Assembly: GCF_009914755.1 (NCBI RefSeq)
Contig: NC_060941.1
Strand: one strand, 5' to 3'
Source of the DNA: the human T2T-CHM13v2.0 reference genome, Homo sapiens
Length of the DNA: 64,000 nucleotides
Shown here one piece after another: positions 35,602 through 51,117 of the stretch. Below the pieces are notes generated by a model. That model made no database searches and was not told the origin of the DNA. It saw only the letters and a program-made list of their open reading frames with translations. Positions within the stretch are counted from its first letter, which is position 1. Each line of letters begins with the position of its first letter. Both the position numbers and the translations under genes were made by a program.

Positions 35602-36468
35602 AATTAACAGCTTTATTGAGCTATAATTCACATGCTTACAATTTACCTTTTTAAAGTGAGTTCTGTGGGTTATTTCTATATTATATATTTTATATATTAT
35701 ATATTTATATATAATATAGTATATATTATATATTTATATATTTTATATAAATATATTTTATATAATATATTTATATAAAATATATATTCATATATGTATT
35801 AATATATTAATATATAAATATATTTTATATATAATGTAAATATAAAAATATATATTTATATATATTTATATATAATATATTTATATTATATTTATATTTA
35901 TAAATTTATAAATAATTTTATAAAATTATAATTTTATTTATAAATAAATTTATATAAATTTATATAAATTTATAAATATAATTATATATAAATATATTGC
36001 ATGTTTATGTATTAATAAATATATTAATATATAATATATTATATACTATATAAAATATATAAAAATATATTATATACTATATAAAATATATAAAAATATA
36101 TTATATACTATATAAAATATATAAAAATATATTATATACTATATAAAATATATAAAAATATATTATATACTATATAAAATATATAAAAATATATTATATA
36201 CTATATAAAATATATAAAAATATATTATATACTATATAAAATATATAAAAATATATAAAACATTATATATTAATATATTATATATAGTTATATACTATAT
36301 ATAGTATATATTTATATAAAATATATTTATATAAAATATTTATATAAAATATATAATATATATACTATATATTATATATAAATATATAATATAAAAATAA
36401 CCCACAGAACTCACTTTAAAAAGGTAAATTTTAAGCATGTGAATTATAGCTCAATAGAGCTGTTAATT
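35602..36468. repeat. AT-rich quasi-palindrome with 89-bp inverted arms
   Basis: 35602-35690 is the reverse complement of 36380-36468 with 3 mismatches; the spacer is almost all A/T. Confidence 0.95.
36033..36256. repeat. 31-bp AT-rich minisatellite, about 7 perfect copies
   Basis: Unit CTATATAAAATATATAAAAATATATTATATA; C at 36046, 36077, 36108, 36139, 36170, 36201, 36232. Confidence 0.95.
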
Positions 36469-36560
36469 AAAAAAGAATTTTTAATCACAGCAAACATCTC
36501 AATAAAGGGTGCAATACTAGTAATTCCTCCTTTAAGCAACAAAACCAAGATGTCTTTTTC

Positions 36561-36883
<323 letters not shown>

Positions 36884-37600
36884 TCATTGCCTGTGATAAA
36901 CAACGCACTGGAAGTCTGAGACAGCATAGTAAGAAATAAAAACATGAAGAAATAGAAAGAAATGAGAAAGAAAGAAACCGGTCATTATTCAGACAATATG
37001 GTTATCTACATGGAAAATTTAAGATAATCTGTGGGCAAACCTGTAAAATAATTCAACAAGGTGGTTAATAAGACAATTATAAGATAAATATATAAAAATC
37101 AAACACCAGTTTTATATAGCAATAACAATTAAAAATGTAATTTTAAAAATATATCATTTGTAATGGAAACAGAAACTTTAAGCTACCCATGAATAAATCT
37201 AACCAAAGCCATCTAATCTTTTAAAAATAAAATTATAAAATTTTATTGAAAGATAGGAAAAAATAATGAAGAACTATATCTTGTCATGAATGGGAAAACT
37301 TCATAATGTAAATGCATGAATTCTTTCCAAATTAATCTATAAATACAGTGCAATTACAATAAAAATTCTAACAGAACTTTTCCTAGAGATTATAAGCTAA
37401 TTCTAAAATTCAAATGGCAGAGTAAAACAAAGGACAGCTGATACAATTCCAAAGGAAAATAATAAAGTGAGGGATATGCCCTACTATATATAAGCACTTT
37501 TCTTAAATCATTAATTAACAAATGTGACAAATTAGAGAAACAGAATGGTGGAACACAATCAAGTCCAGATATAAATTCACACATATATGAAAATTAGAGG

Positions 37601-38213
37601 GGCTGGGTGTAGTGGTTCACTCTTGTAATCCCAGTGCTTCAGGAGGCCGAGGTGGGAGGATCGCCTGAGGCCAGGAGTTCAAGACCAGCCTAGGCAACAT
37701 AGTGAGACCCTGTCTCTACAAAACATAAAAAAAATTAAGCCAGGCACGGGTGGCTCATGCTTGTAATCCTAGCACTTTGAAAGACCGAGGCGGGTGGATC
37801 ACTTGAGCTCAGGAGCTGGAGACCAGCCTGGGCAACATGACAAAAGCCCGTCTCTACAAAAAAATACAAAAAATGAGCCAGGTGTGGTGGCATGCTTGTG
37901 GTCCCAGGTACTTGGGGGCGCTGAGGCACAAGAATTGCCTGAACCTGGGAGGCGGAGGTTGCAGTGGGCTGAGATCACACCACTGCACTCCAGCCTGGTT
38001 AACAGAGTGAGATTCTGTCTCAAAATAAATAAAAAAATAAGTAATTAGCCAGGTGTGGTAATGCATGCCTGTAGTCCCAGCTACTGAGCAGGCTATGGCA
38101 GGAGGATCCCTTAAGACCAGAAATCCAAGGTTACAGTGAGCTATGAATGCACCATTGCACTTCATTCCGGGCAACACAGCAAGACTCTGTCTCTTAAAAA
38201 CAAAAAAAAAAAG
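37601..38213 (+). mobile_element. Nested Alus: an Alu inserted in the A-rich linker of an AluJ
   Basis: Left arm 37601-37735, full Alu about 37739-38040, host right arm resumes at attagccaggtgtgg (about 38044). Confidence 0.88.
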
Positions 38214-39189
38214 TTAAAAAATATTTTTTTAATTAAAAAAAGAAAAATAGGTAGCAGAGGTAGCATTACAAATTAGAGGGAAATTAATATGCACTATTTA
38301 GGAAACAGTGCTGGGACAATTCTCTATCCATACAGGAAAAAAATTGATTCATAAATTCACAACATAAACAAAATGAATCCAAGGCTTTGTAAAAGTATTT
38401 ATAAATCCCATCCTTTATAAACAATAAATACCTTAAAATTTTTAGGAGAAATATAACATAGGATAAGAAAAGACTGCTTAAAGTAAATTCAAAAACCACA
38501 ATTCATAAGGGATGTTCATATCAGAACTGTTTATTATACTGGGAAACTGGAAATAACCTATATTTCAACTTATCAGATTAATCAATTTAGAATAAGTACA
38601 CTCATAAAAATGCTACACCGCAATTAAAAATTATGTGAAGGAATCTTTACTTAAATAGGAAAGTATACACAATATATTGTTAAATTAAAAGAGGGTAAAA
38701 CAAATGTGTCATATCAGAAATATATTTATAATAAGCAAATATGGGCATAGAAGAAGGCATAAGTAGACATAAATCACAATGTTCACAATGTTCACCTTTG
38801 AGTTTATGAGTCATTTTTCTTTGTGCCATTCTGTATTTTCCAGTTTTTTTCCCTTGACATACATTTTATTTGTACATTTTATAACTGACATGTAACATAT
38901 ACAGTAGAATGAACTAATCTTACATGTACACCTCACTAAATACACACACCTCCCCATGTAACTAACACCTGACCAGGATACAAAACATTCCTAGAATCCC
39001 AGATGTTCCTTTGTGCCCCTTCTCAGCCCAAACTGCTTCAAACCCCCACATAGTTGTAACCAGTACTTCAACTTCTGTCACCATAATTAGGTTTGTCTGT
39101 TCTTCAACTTCATAAAAATAGATTTATACAGTTTATACCCTTTTGAATCTGGTTTCCTTCACCTAACATAATATTTAAGATTCATCTAG

Positions 39190-39852
<663 letters not shown>

Positions 39853-40133
39853 CCATTTTACTGTTATATAAGTAGCTTTCAAAATGCAAACAATTTATGC
39901 AAAAAATATTATGAAAGATGTCACAATATGGAAAAATTCTTACAATAGATACCACGCTGCATTTTATAAATGCAGGGCAAAAATTTAAGTATATCCTGAT
40001 TAAAATATATGTTTTAATAGTCACATGCCCCGAATACTATTGTGATCATGTTGGCAATTATTTTCATCATTTTTTTTGTTCAAAAACCTCTTTGAGAAAT
40101 AACATCAGCAAGATGGAAGAATTTGAGTTTTCT

Positions 40134-40415
40134 AGCCAGGCACGGTGACTCACACCTGTGAGCCCAGCACTTTGGGAGGCCAAGGCAGGTGGATCACTTG
40201 AGGTCAGGAGTTTGACACCAGCCTGGCCAACATGGTGAAACCCTGTCTCTACCAAAAATACAAATATTAGCCGGGCATGGTGGGGCATGCCTGTAGTCCC
40301 AGCAACTCAGGAGGCTTAGACATGAGGATCACTTGAACACGAGAGGCAGAGGTTGCAGTGAGCCGAGATCACGCCACTGCCCTCCAGCCTGGGCAACAGA
40401 GTGAGACTTCATCTC

Positions 40416-40444
<29 letters not shown>
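40134..40444 (+). mobile_element. AluS
   Basis: Long A tail; TSD aagaatttgagttttc. Confidence 0.95.
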
Positions 40445-40446
<2 letters not shown>

Positions 40447-41011
40447 ATTTGAGTTTTCCATTGTCATCTCCCAACAATGAACCAATTCTGACAACCACTC
40501 GCACATGAGAGTACCTTTGTTAAGAGTCTAAGAGTCTAGCAGAGAAGTTCCAGGACCCCATTGGAGCAAAAAATCCAAGAACAGATGCATTGAAGAGGGC
40601 AAAAAGTATAGTTTCATATTACCTACATCACCCCTGCCCCACGGAAGTACAGCTCAGTGCCAAGAGAGCCTCCATTAGCCCACAATTCTTCCCATGGGGA
40701 AAAGTGAGAATATAGTGAGTGATTAATGAAATAAAGAAAATGTGGCACATATATATATAATGAAATATTCAGTCTTAAAAAAGAAGAAAATTTTGCCATT
40801 TGCAACAACATGGATGAAACTGGAAGTATTATGCTATCTGAAATAAGCCTGATAGAAAGACAAATACTGCATGCTATCACTCATATGTGTCATCTAAAAA
40901 AGTTGTACTCGTAGAAGCAGAGTCCTCAGCCCCAAAGTTCACTGGTGAAGATGTACAACAACAGGAACTTCTGTTCATTGCTGGTGGGAATGCAAAATGG
41001 TACAGCCACTT

Positions 41012-41178
41012 TTTGTCAAGAGACAAAGTCTTGCTATGTTGCTCAGGCTGGAGAGCAGTGGCTATTCACAAGCATGCAATCATAGTGCACTACAGCCTCA
41101 AATTCCTGGGTTCAAGCAATCTTCCTGCCTCAGCCTCCCAAGTAGCTGGGACTACAGGCGCATACCACCATACCCGGC
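41012..41178 (-). mobile_element. FAM-like fossil Alu monomer
   Basis: Monomer keeps the 7SL-type segment (plus strand cagtggctattcaca) that dimeric Alu arms lack; TSD tacagccactttt. Confidence 0.75.
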
Positions 41179-42509
41179 AGTTACAGCCACTTTTGAAGAC
41201 TGTTTAGCAGTTTCTTGCAAAGCTAAACACAGTCTTACCATATAATACAACAATTGTGTTCCTAAGTAAATATCCAAATGAGTAGAAAGCTTGTCACTAA
41301 TAGAAATGTTTATAATAGCTTTATTCACAATTGCCAAAAACTGGAAACCATCAATGTTTCTTTCAGTAGGTGAATGGATAAACTGTGGTACATCCAAATA
41401 ATGAAATATCATTCAGCTATAAGAAGAAATGAGCTATCAAGGCAAAAAAATACATGGAGGAATCTTATATGCATATTGCTAAGACAGAAGCCAGTCTGAA
41501 AAGACTACATACTGCACAATTTCAACTATATGGCATTCCAGAAAAGGCAAAACAATGGAGTTAGTAAAAAAAATCTGTGGTTGCCAAGGGTTTGGTGGGT
41601 GTGGGCGTGGTGTGGTGGAGGGATGAATAGGTGTAACACAGAAGATTTTTAGGACAGTGAACACACTCTGTATGATACTGTAGTGGTGGATTCCTAGGCA
41701 AAACCTAATTGAACTCTACAACACAAGGGGTAAACCTTAAGGTAACCTATGGACTTTAATGAACAATAATGTAGCAATAATGGTTCATCAATTATAACAA
41801 ATATACTACACTATTGTAAGAGGTCAATAATGGGGAAACTATGGAGTTGGTGTGTATTGTGTATGTGTATAGGTGTGTAGCTGGGAGTGAGAGTATATGA
41901 GAATTCTGGACCTTCTGCTTAATTTTTCTCTAAACCTAAAACAACCATTCTAAAATACATAATCTATTAATTTAAATAAGTAAATAGCAACAAAAAAAGA
42001 AAATATATTCTTATCGGCAAAAAACATTAGAAAATATAATGAAATTTATGCAGCCTCTATTTAGAAAAATGTACAAAAGGATACGCTCATAAAATTTTGC
42101 ATATAGCTTCATAAGTTTCATAGTCTTCCAAAGCCTACTCATGATCTCTCCATGAATATCAGGTTTATAATTTCTAAATTAAGATGAACGAAATAGGAAT
42201 TTCTCCTCTTTTTATTTTCTAAAATTTTAACTTTTACAATTGACTAAGTAAGTCTACAACCTAAAAATATTGACTCCTTTTAGCTTTAAACAAAGCAATT
42301 AATCCCTTTAAAGACTAATTTCCTTCAAACTAAATAATGCTATATTTTCACCCACAATTTACCCATGCCATCACTTAAAGATTATCAAATTTAGATAATA
42401 AAATTTTTAAAAAATTAAATTGCTATATTTAACAATTCTGGGTTACTCACTAGATTTAATCTGGATTTAGTCACGACTAAATCACTTCTAATTCACTAAA
42501 TACGTTTCA

Positions 42510-42734
<225 letters not shown>

Positions 42735-43279
42735 TCATCATTATTGTCATGCGTTGATCTGTATATCTTGACATTCTTAGGACATGAATGTGGATTAATT
42801 AAGACACCTTTTAAAAAGCATTCATGTCTCATATTGCAAAATAAACTTTATATAACTGAAAAGAAAGCTTTTATTCAGAAGAAACAAACATGCATATGAT
42901 TTCCCACTTGTTTTGTGGATTCACATTGCTTTACTTAGCTAATGTCTCTTCAACTGAGAGCCAGGTCTTAGGTACTTATCCCAAATATATATAAAAGGAA
43001 ATGCAAAACAACCTAATAAAGAAATTAAAGTGTTACATATTAACACAAAAAAGAGAATTACTAGAAAATATATAAATACATTCATTGATATATATACACA
43101 TTCATACATTAAGTGTTTGAATGCCTATTTTATTCCAGACATTGTTCTGGGTAGTGAAAATAACAGCAGTTAAATAAAATAGGCAAGGTCCTTACTCTCA
43201 TGGAAATTACATTCTACTAAAGGGAGACAGGAATAAACATCAAAACAAATACATAAACAAGAAAATGTCAGGTAGTCAT

Positions 43280-43630
43280 GGGATACTATATGGCCATAAA
43301 AAAGAACAAGAACATGTCCTTTACGGGAACATAGATGGAGCTGGAGATCATATCCTTAGCAAACTAATGCAGGAACAGAAAATACTGCATGTTCTCACTT
43401 ATAAGTGAGAGCTAAATGATGAGACCACATGGACAAGAGGGGAACAGCACATACTGGGGCCTATCGGATGGTGTAGCGTTGGAGACGGGAAAAGATCAGG
43501 AAAAATAACTAATGAGTTATAAGGCTTAATACCTGGGTGATGAAATAATATGTACAACAAACCCCCATAACATGTTTACCTGTATAACAAACCTGCACAT
43601 GTACCCCTGAACTTAAAAGTTAAAAAAAAA
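43280..43630 (+). mobile_element. L1PA/PB 3' end
   Basis: gcatgttctcacttataagtg...aacctgcacatgtacccctgaacttaaaa. Confidence 0.88.
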
Positions 43631-44023
43631 AGTTCTAATAAAATGAAAAAAAAATCAGGTAATTATATACAAATAAATTATGAAAATAAATTAGTTTAAT
43701 ATAACCTAGTTGCAACTTTAATTTTAATGTCAAGAATGCTCTCCCTGAGGTGACATTTATTCTAATAACTGAATGCAAAAAGTATCCAGTCATGGGAGAA
43801 TCAGAAGAAATATCCAAGCAGAAGGAACAGCTAGGAGAAAGGTCCTGAGGTGGTTAGCAAATTTTGCTTGTTTGAGGATCTGAAAGAAAGCCAATATGAT
43901 TTGCAGCACAATGGGCAAAAATGAATAATGGTATGAACAATGTCAGAGTGATAAGCAGAAATCAGTCATCTTGAGTCATCATAAGAAATCTGAATTTATT
44001 CAAAGGGCAATGGGAAGGCTTGG

Positions 44024-45577
44024 GTTTTAATTTTTAATTTTCGTGGGTACATAGTAGGTGTATATATTTATGGGGTACATGTTTTGATACAGGCATGCAA
44101 TATGTAATAATCACATCATGGAAGATGGGGTATCCATCCTCTCAAGCATTAATCCTTTGTGTTACAAATAATCCAATTATATTCTTTTAGTTATTTTTAA
44201 ATGTACAGTTAAATCATTATTGACTATAGTCACACTGTTGTGCTATCAAATACTAGGCCTTATTCATTCATTCTATTTTTCTTTTTTTTGTACTCATTAA
44301 CCAACCCCTCCTCCCCTGTGATCCCCATCTACTACCCTTGCCAGCCTCTGGTAAACCATCCTTCTACTCTCTATCTCAATGGATTAAATTGTTTTCATTT
44401 TTAGATCCCACAAATAAGTGAGAATATGTGATATTTGTCTTTTTGTGCCTGGCTTATTTCACTTAACATAGTGACTTCCAATTTTATCCATTTTGTTGCA
44501 AATGACAGGATCTCCTTCTGTGTTATGGCTGAATGGTACTCCATTGTGTATATGTAACCACATTTTCTTTATCCATTCATCTGTTGATGGACATTTAGGC
44601 TGCTTTCAAATCTTGACTATTGTGAATAGTGCTGCAGCAAACATGGGAGTATAGCTATACCTTTGATATACTGATTTCCTTTATTTTGGGTATATATCTA
44701 GCAGTGGGATTGCTGGATCGTTTGGTAGCTCTATTTTAAGTTTTTTGAGGAACTTCCAAATTGTTCTTCATAGTGGTTGTCCTAATTTACATTCCCACCA
44801 ACAGTGTACGAGGGTTGTCTTTTCTCCACATCCTTGCCAGCATTTGTTATTGCCTGTCTTTTGCATAAAAGTCATTTTAACTGGGGTGAGGTGATATCTC
44901 ATTGTAGTTTTGATCAGCAGAGAAATGCTGATCAATGATGTTGAGCACTTTTCATATGTCTGATTGCCATTTGTATGTCTTCTTTAGAGAAATGTCTATT
45001 CAAATCTTTTGTCCATTTTTAATTAGATTATTAGATTTTTTCCTACAGAGTTGTTTGAGCTCCTTATATATTCTGGTTATTAATCCCTTGTCAGATGGGT
45101 AGTTTGCAAATATTTTCTCCCATTCTGTGGGTTGCCTCTTCACTTTGTTGATTGTTTCCTTTGCTGTGCAGCAGCTTTTTAACTTGATGTGAACCCATCT
45201 GTCCATTTTTGCTTTGGTTACCTGTGCTTGTGGGGTATTGCTCAAGAAGTTGTTCCCCAGACCGATGTCCTGGAGAGTTTTTCCAATGTTTTCTGGTAGT
45301 AGTTTCATAGTTTGAGGTTGTAGATTTAAGTCTTTAATCTATTTTGATTTGATTTTTGTTAATGGTGAAAGATAGGGGTCTTGTTTTATTCTCCTGTAGA
45401 TGGATATCCAGTTTTCCCGGCACCATTTATTGAAGAGACTGTCTTTTCCTCAGTGCATGTTCGTGGCACCTGTGTCAAAAATGAGTTCACTGTAGGTGTG
45501 TGGATTTGTTTCTGAGTTCTCTATTCTGTTCCATTGATCTGTGTGTCTGTTTTTATGCCAGTACTGTGCTGTTTTGG
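44024..45577 (-). mobile_element. L1MA-like 3' portion (same sense as BRIP1), inserted within L2 remnants
   Basis: Minus ORF 45000-45308 ([17 protein letters not shown]...[14 protein letters not shown]) is L1 ORF2; flanks share tgggaagg. Confidence 0.92.
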
Positions 45578-48027
45578 TGGGAAGGTTTTAAATACAGAGT
45601 TTTAAATAAAAGACAGACTATCTATTTTACATGTTTAAAAAATGATTCTAGCTACCAAGCTAGAATTGATTACTGGAGAAAGATGAGTGAAAGTAGAGAC
45701 CTGTTAGGAGGTTGTTATAATATCCTTGTTGAGAGAAGACTGTAGGATGATAGATATGAACAATCAATGATATTGAGGAATTGGGGATATACTGTGCAGG
45801 TGGCATCTATAAGACTTACTCATTAATTGGATGAGGTGAGGCAGTAAGGATATTATTAAGGATAGTATTTAACTTTTTTACTTGAGGAACTGGTACATAC
45901 TGTTTGCTTAGATGAGGAAGACTGGGGAGAAAACAGAACACAGGAAGAAAAGCAATTCTGTTTTAGATGTAAAGTTGAAATGTCTATTTTGATATACAAA
46001 AAGAGCTATAAAGTAGATAGTTGGATATAAGAATGGCATTCTAGGGAGAGGCTGAAGCTAGAGACATAGGTTCAGGCCTCACCAGTACTGAAGATTATAT
46101 TCTAAGCTATGATACTACAAACTATTTAGGGAAAATAGAACTACAGAAGAAACTAGGTCCCAGTACCAAGTAAGTCCTGAGGCACCCCAACATTTAGATA
46201 TCAAAAAGAATAAGAATTATCAAAAGAAATGATAAAAAAAAATGGACTGTGAGAAGGAGGAAAATCAGAGATGTCACAGAAGCTAAGACAAAAATGCTTT
46301 TCAAAGAGGTAGTCATCAACTACCCAACACCACTGACTGGCTGAGATAAAAGAAACAATAACCTCTGTATTTGGCAATATAGAGATCACTAGTGATCTTG
46401 ATCAAAACAATTTGCGTAGAATTGTCCAGAGAGCAACACTGCTAAGATCGATGAGGGAAGAATGTCAAGTGAGAAAATAGAATTAGCAACTACAGACAAC
46501 TCTTTCAACAAGTTATGCTGTAAAATAAAAACCACAAAAATCTGCATGGCAAAACACCACCAGAAAAGACACAAATGGCAAAATGGGGTGGAAAGTATTT
46601 ACAACTCTTATTGCAGGCAAAGATTTTAATTCCCTAATATATGAATGGGGTTCTATAAATCATTAAGAAAAAGAACCACAATAAGAACAAAAAAAGGACA
46701 GAGATGTCAACAGGCAGTTGACACAAAAGGAAATATAAATGGCCTTTAAAGATGCTTAATTTCATGCATATTAAGGAAAATGAATATTAAAACTACATTG
46801 GGATACCACTTTTCACCTAGCAGGCTAGAAGAAAACAATTTCCATACTCTTATACATTGCTGGTAGAAGCATACATTAGCCCCCCTGTCATCCACCCATT
46901 GTGTAAATGTTAGCTATATCTATTGAAATTACAAATATGTCTATGCTTTCACCCAACAATTCCACTTCTAAAAAGATTCCTATAGATATATTTGCATACA
47001 AATGAAATTATGTATGTTCAAAGTTATTCATTATAGCAGTTTAAGAGCAAAAAACTAGAAACAACCTCCTCTATTAATCAGAGGCTGGTTAAATAAACTA
47101 TTGCATATCTATCTAATGGAATTCTAGATATCTATTTTTTTTTTAAACTGAGAAAGCTTTCTAGGTCTTAACATGGGAAGGTCTCCAAAATACACTGGGA
47201 ATTGAAAAAAGCAAGTTGCAGAAAAATGTATGTATACTATGCCATCATTTGGAAAATAGTGAGGGACAAGAAAATATATCTAATATTGGTTCATAAATGA
47301 GTAATATGCATTGAATGATAAACTTGTTTAGGAGAACACAGACATTAAACAGATCAGGGATGGAACTGGAAGGAGGTTTTTACTATACAAATTTGTATAC
47401 ATTTTGTCTTCAAACCATGTGACTGTGTAACATTCAAATTTTTTTAAAGTGTAAATGTGAAGGAAACAGAAAAATGCTACAATAAATGAAATAGGATTCA
47501 GAGTTGGGAAGTTTTTTTCTATGGTAACAAGATTCTAGATCAACAACTTAATGTCTAATAAAAGAAAAATTAGTGTAAATTGTCATAAAGCTAGTACTAA
47601 ATATATTATTTTAGAGTACTGAAATCTTGATTAATTAAAACCCATGAAACTAGAATCCTATTTAAATTGGAGAATAAAGCAATAAATTAAAGCCATGATC
47701 CAGAATTTTAAAATATATTAATTAAAAGCACGTTTAGTTTCTGGTTCAATATCCTAGACACATCCTTCGGGGCTATTATGTTATCCTGCCAAATTAGGAA
47801 TAAGATTCACAATTATTCATTTTTAAAAATCACTTATGTTCATTATATTCTTGTGAACAAGACAAAAGGTTGGACTAGCCTTGTTTTTAAAGCTTAACTG
47901 GCAAGGAACAATTCATTTCCCAAGAAGCCTAGTTAACCAAAGTTTACTAACTTTAAATACTCTGGCATAATCAAACATATTTTTCATATAAAGGCAGCAC
48001 AAATACACTAATAGACAAATCTTCTTA

Positions 48028-48228
<201 letters not shown>

Positions 48229-48572
48229 CTATAAGATAAAAGAATTTTCTTGTAAAACATTTGGCAAAATAGATTTAACAACAGCAGGCAAGATATTTCA
48301 TTTTAAAATTCACACTATAGGCCAATATTGCAAATGCAATTACATAAGCAACAGATTCTAGGTCTTAAATAAAACTTCTGAAGCACTATGGCCAACCAAA
48401 TATCAGCTCTACATTATTGTGTTTGCCATTTTTTTACTCTTAAAATACTTTGCAAACCTATCGACAGCAACAAAAATATGTCAGTGAGTCTGGATCAAGG
48501 TACCACAGGCTACACAGAAAGGTATAAAATCCCACTATGAAAGTGTTTCCAACATAATTTTACAAACTAATT

Positions 48573-48696
48573 ATAAGACCTTTAAAAATAAAATAACAAT
48601 ATAAGATTAAAAGCATAAGACCTTTAAAAGTAAAATAACAATACAAGATTAAAAGCATAAAACCTTTAAAAGTAAAATAACAATACAAGATTAAAA
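48573..48696. repeat. 42-bp tandem repeat, about 3 copies
   Basis: Unit TAAGACCTTTAAAAGTAAAATAACAATACAAGATTAAAAGCA. Confidence 0.93.
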
Positions 48697-50132
48697 TGAC
48701 TCTTAAAATACTAACATAATATATATGTTTTGTTTTAATCTGTCCTGCAATCCTTCTCCAACATGGGAGTTGGAGAATTGTTCTTCTCCAACTCCCATGT
48801 GATGCTGGCAGGACTATTAACCTGTGAATCAAAGGACATCACCACTTTCACAATGGGGGTAAGGCCCAGGATTGTCAGTTAAATAGAGTATTCCATCCTT
48901 CTGTGGTCACAGTGACTGGTTCAGGTTCAGGAACAGACATGTGATCCACGGTAGGCCAACCAGAGTAATTTGGAGGGACTAATATGTGGCCATGCTCTTT
49001 TCTCCAGGTGAGCTAGCTGCTTATGGTTATCTTTGTTCCATAAGCAAGAGTGAGAACTTGCCTGAGAATAAAGCCATCACAATAAAGAGAATCAAGTATT
49101 TTTTCTTAAGCATTTTTTAGGGTAGGTTTGTGTCACTTGCAATAGAAAGAGTACTGACTAATACAAGGAACTGTCACAAAGCAATTGTCAATGAGTTATT
49201 TTGAGGAAGTAAGAATACACAGACAGCTGAAAAGTTGAGAAAAAACCATGGAAGAGTAGGAAATATATTGGGGTTTAAAAGATAAGTAGGATTTGGATTT
49301 GGACAGACAAAGAGTGGACAGGGCATTCCAAAGAGGTGTCATCAAAAGCAAAGATAGAGTAAAGAACAAGGTATCCTCAAGGGAGTATGAGGTAATTTTT
49401 GAAGGATTCAAATTGGGCAGATCCAGGTCAGACTATTGAGCATCTTGAGTGTAAGCTTAAGAAATATGAACTTTATCTCATGAGCAAAGGAAGCAATAGA
49501 TTTTTAGGCAGATAAAAGGATGTAATAAAAGCAATATTTGGAAAACTGATCTGGCATTGATATGCACAGTGTCTCAGAAGGAAGAGATCTAGTTAAGAGA
49601 TAACCAAATAAGAGGTAGGATAGAAGGGGTAGTAAACATAATGCCTATTAATTTGGATCTTAAAGAAATAGAAAGCTGAGATGAATTGTGCAGTCAGATC
49701 TGAAGACAGGAATAACAATTGACTATGCCAAATTATTCACTTTTTGTCTTATGCTGTTAACAATTGCATGTCTCTAAAAAGAACCAGGCAAACAAACACA
49801 AATGCCATTATCTGAAGTTCACTTCTCAAAGCTCACAAGGCATAATTTTATTCCCCCACATAAGTTCTTCAAAACATAGTTTTTTCAGAGAAATGTTTCT
49901 AAATAATTCTTTTTGAATATTCATAAATGCAAAGAGAAATCCTGCTGTAATCCCACTTCAGTCACTATGTTCCTTAAAACTGCTTGTTATTTTGGAAATT
50001 AAAATGAGTGGGTTGATTTTAACCCATGTTAGGATATGTTTTCAGTACTCTAATATGTTTACACAAATTTATTTACATAAATTAAAGCAAAAAAAAATTA
50101 AAACATCTAAAAGCTTTTACATTCAACATTTA

Positions 50133-50402
<270 letters not shown>

Positions 50403-51117
50403 CTAGAAACAAATATGCATAACTGAAATGTGAACCAATATTAGCATAGAAGGAATAAAATAAGCTTATCTCAGAATTTGAGGAACATCATTAAAGCCAC
50501 AAGGCTAAGATTTTACTGGCTACGCCACCACACCTGGCTAATTTTTTGTCTTTTTTGAGACAATACCATAGCTACAATCACAACGAAGTCTGGTTGACTC
50601 AGACTTAGATAGAAGTCCAAATCGGAAGAGCTCCAAATACCCTAAATTAACTTGAAAAAAATTTCTTTTAAATATGTTTGTTATGCCTTTTTTTTTCTGA
50701 TTAAACTGATGTTAGGCATGAAATACTTCTGAAAGGATTCACAAAACAATGGTATCACTGGTTGCTTCCAAGGATGAGAATTAAGTGACTGGGCACAGGA
50801 GTGAGAGATTTTTCTCTGTAGACCCTTTTGTACCTTTTCAACTTTGAGCCATGTGATAGTATTTCTTATTCAAATATAAATAAGAAGGAAGGAAGGTAAG
50901 TAGGTAGGTTGGAATGTCCTAAGGGGAAAAAAAGAAAGTAAGAGTATTCACTACAAAATATTCAGGAGTACCAAAAAAAGCCTAAATTATCCATAATTCT
51001 ATTACACAAAGAATGCACTAGAAACATTTTGGTGTATTTCATTTCATATTTCTTCTATACATGTGTATATAAGGATATCTCTACAATGTGACCCAATATT
51101 AAAATAACAAGAACAAG

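Noticed and set aside
36033-36256. 31-bp periodic repeat as a CRISPR-like array
   Set aside because: No unique spacers, primate intron context, no cas genes.
48560-48832. ORF with a repeated LYCYFTFKG peptide
   Set aside because: Translation of the 42-bp tandem repeat.
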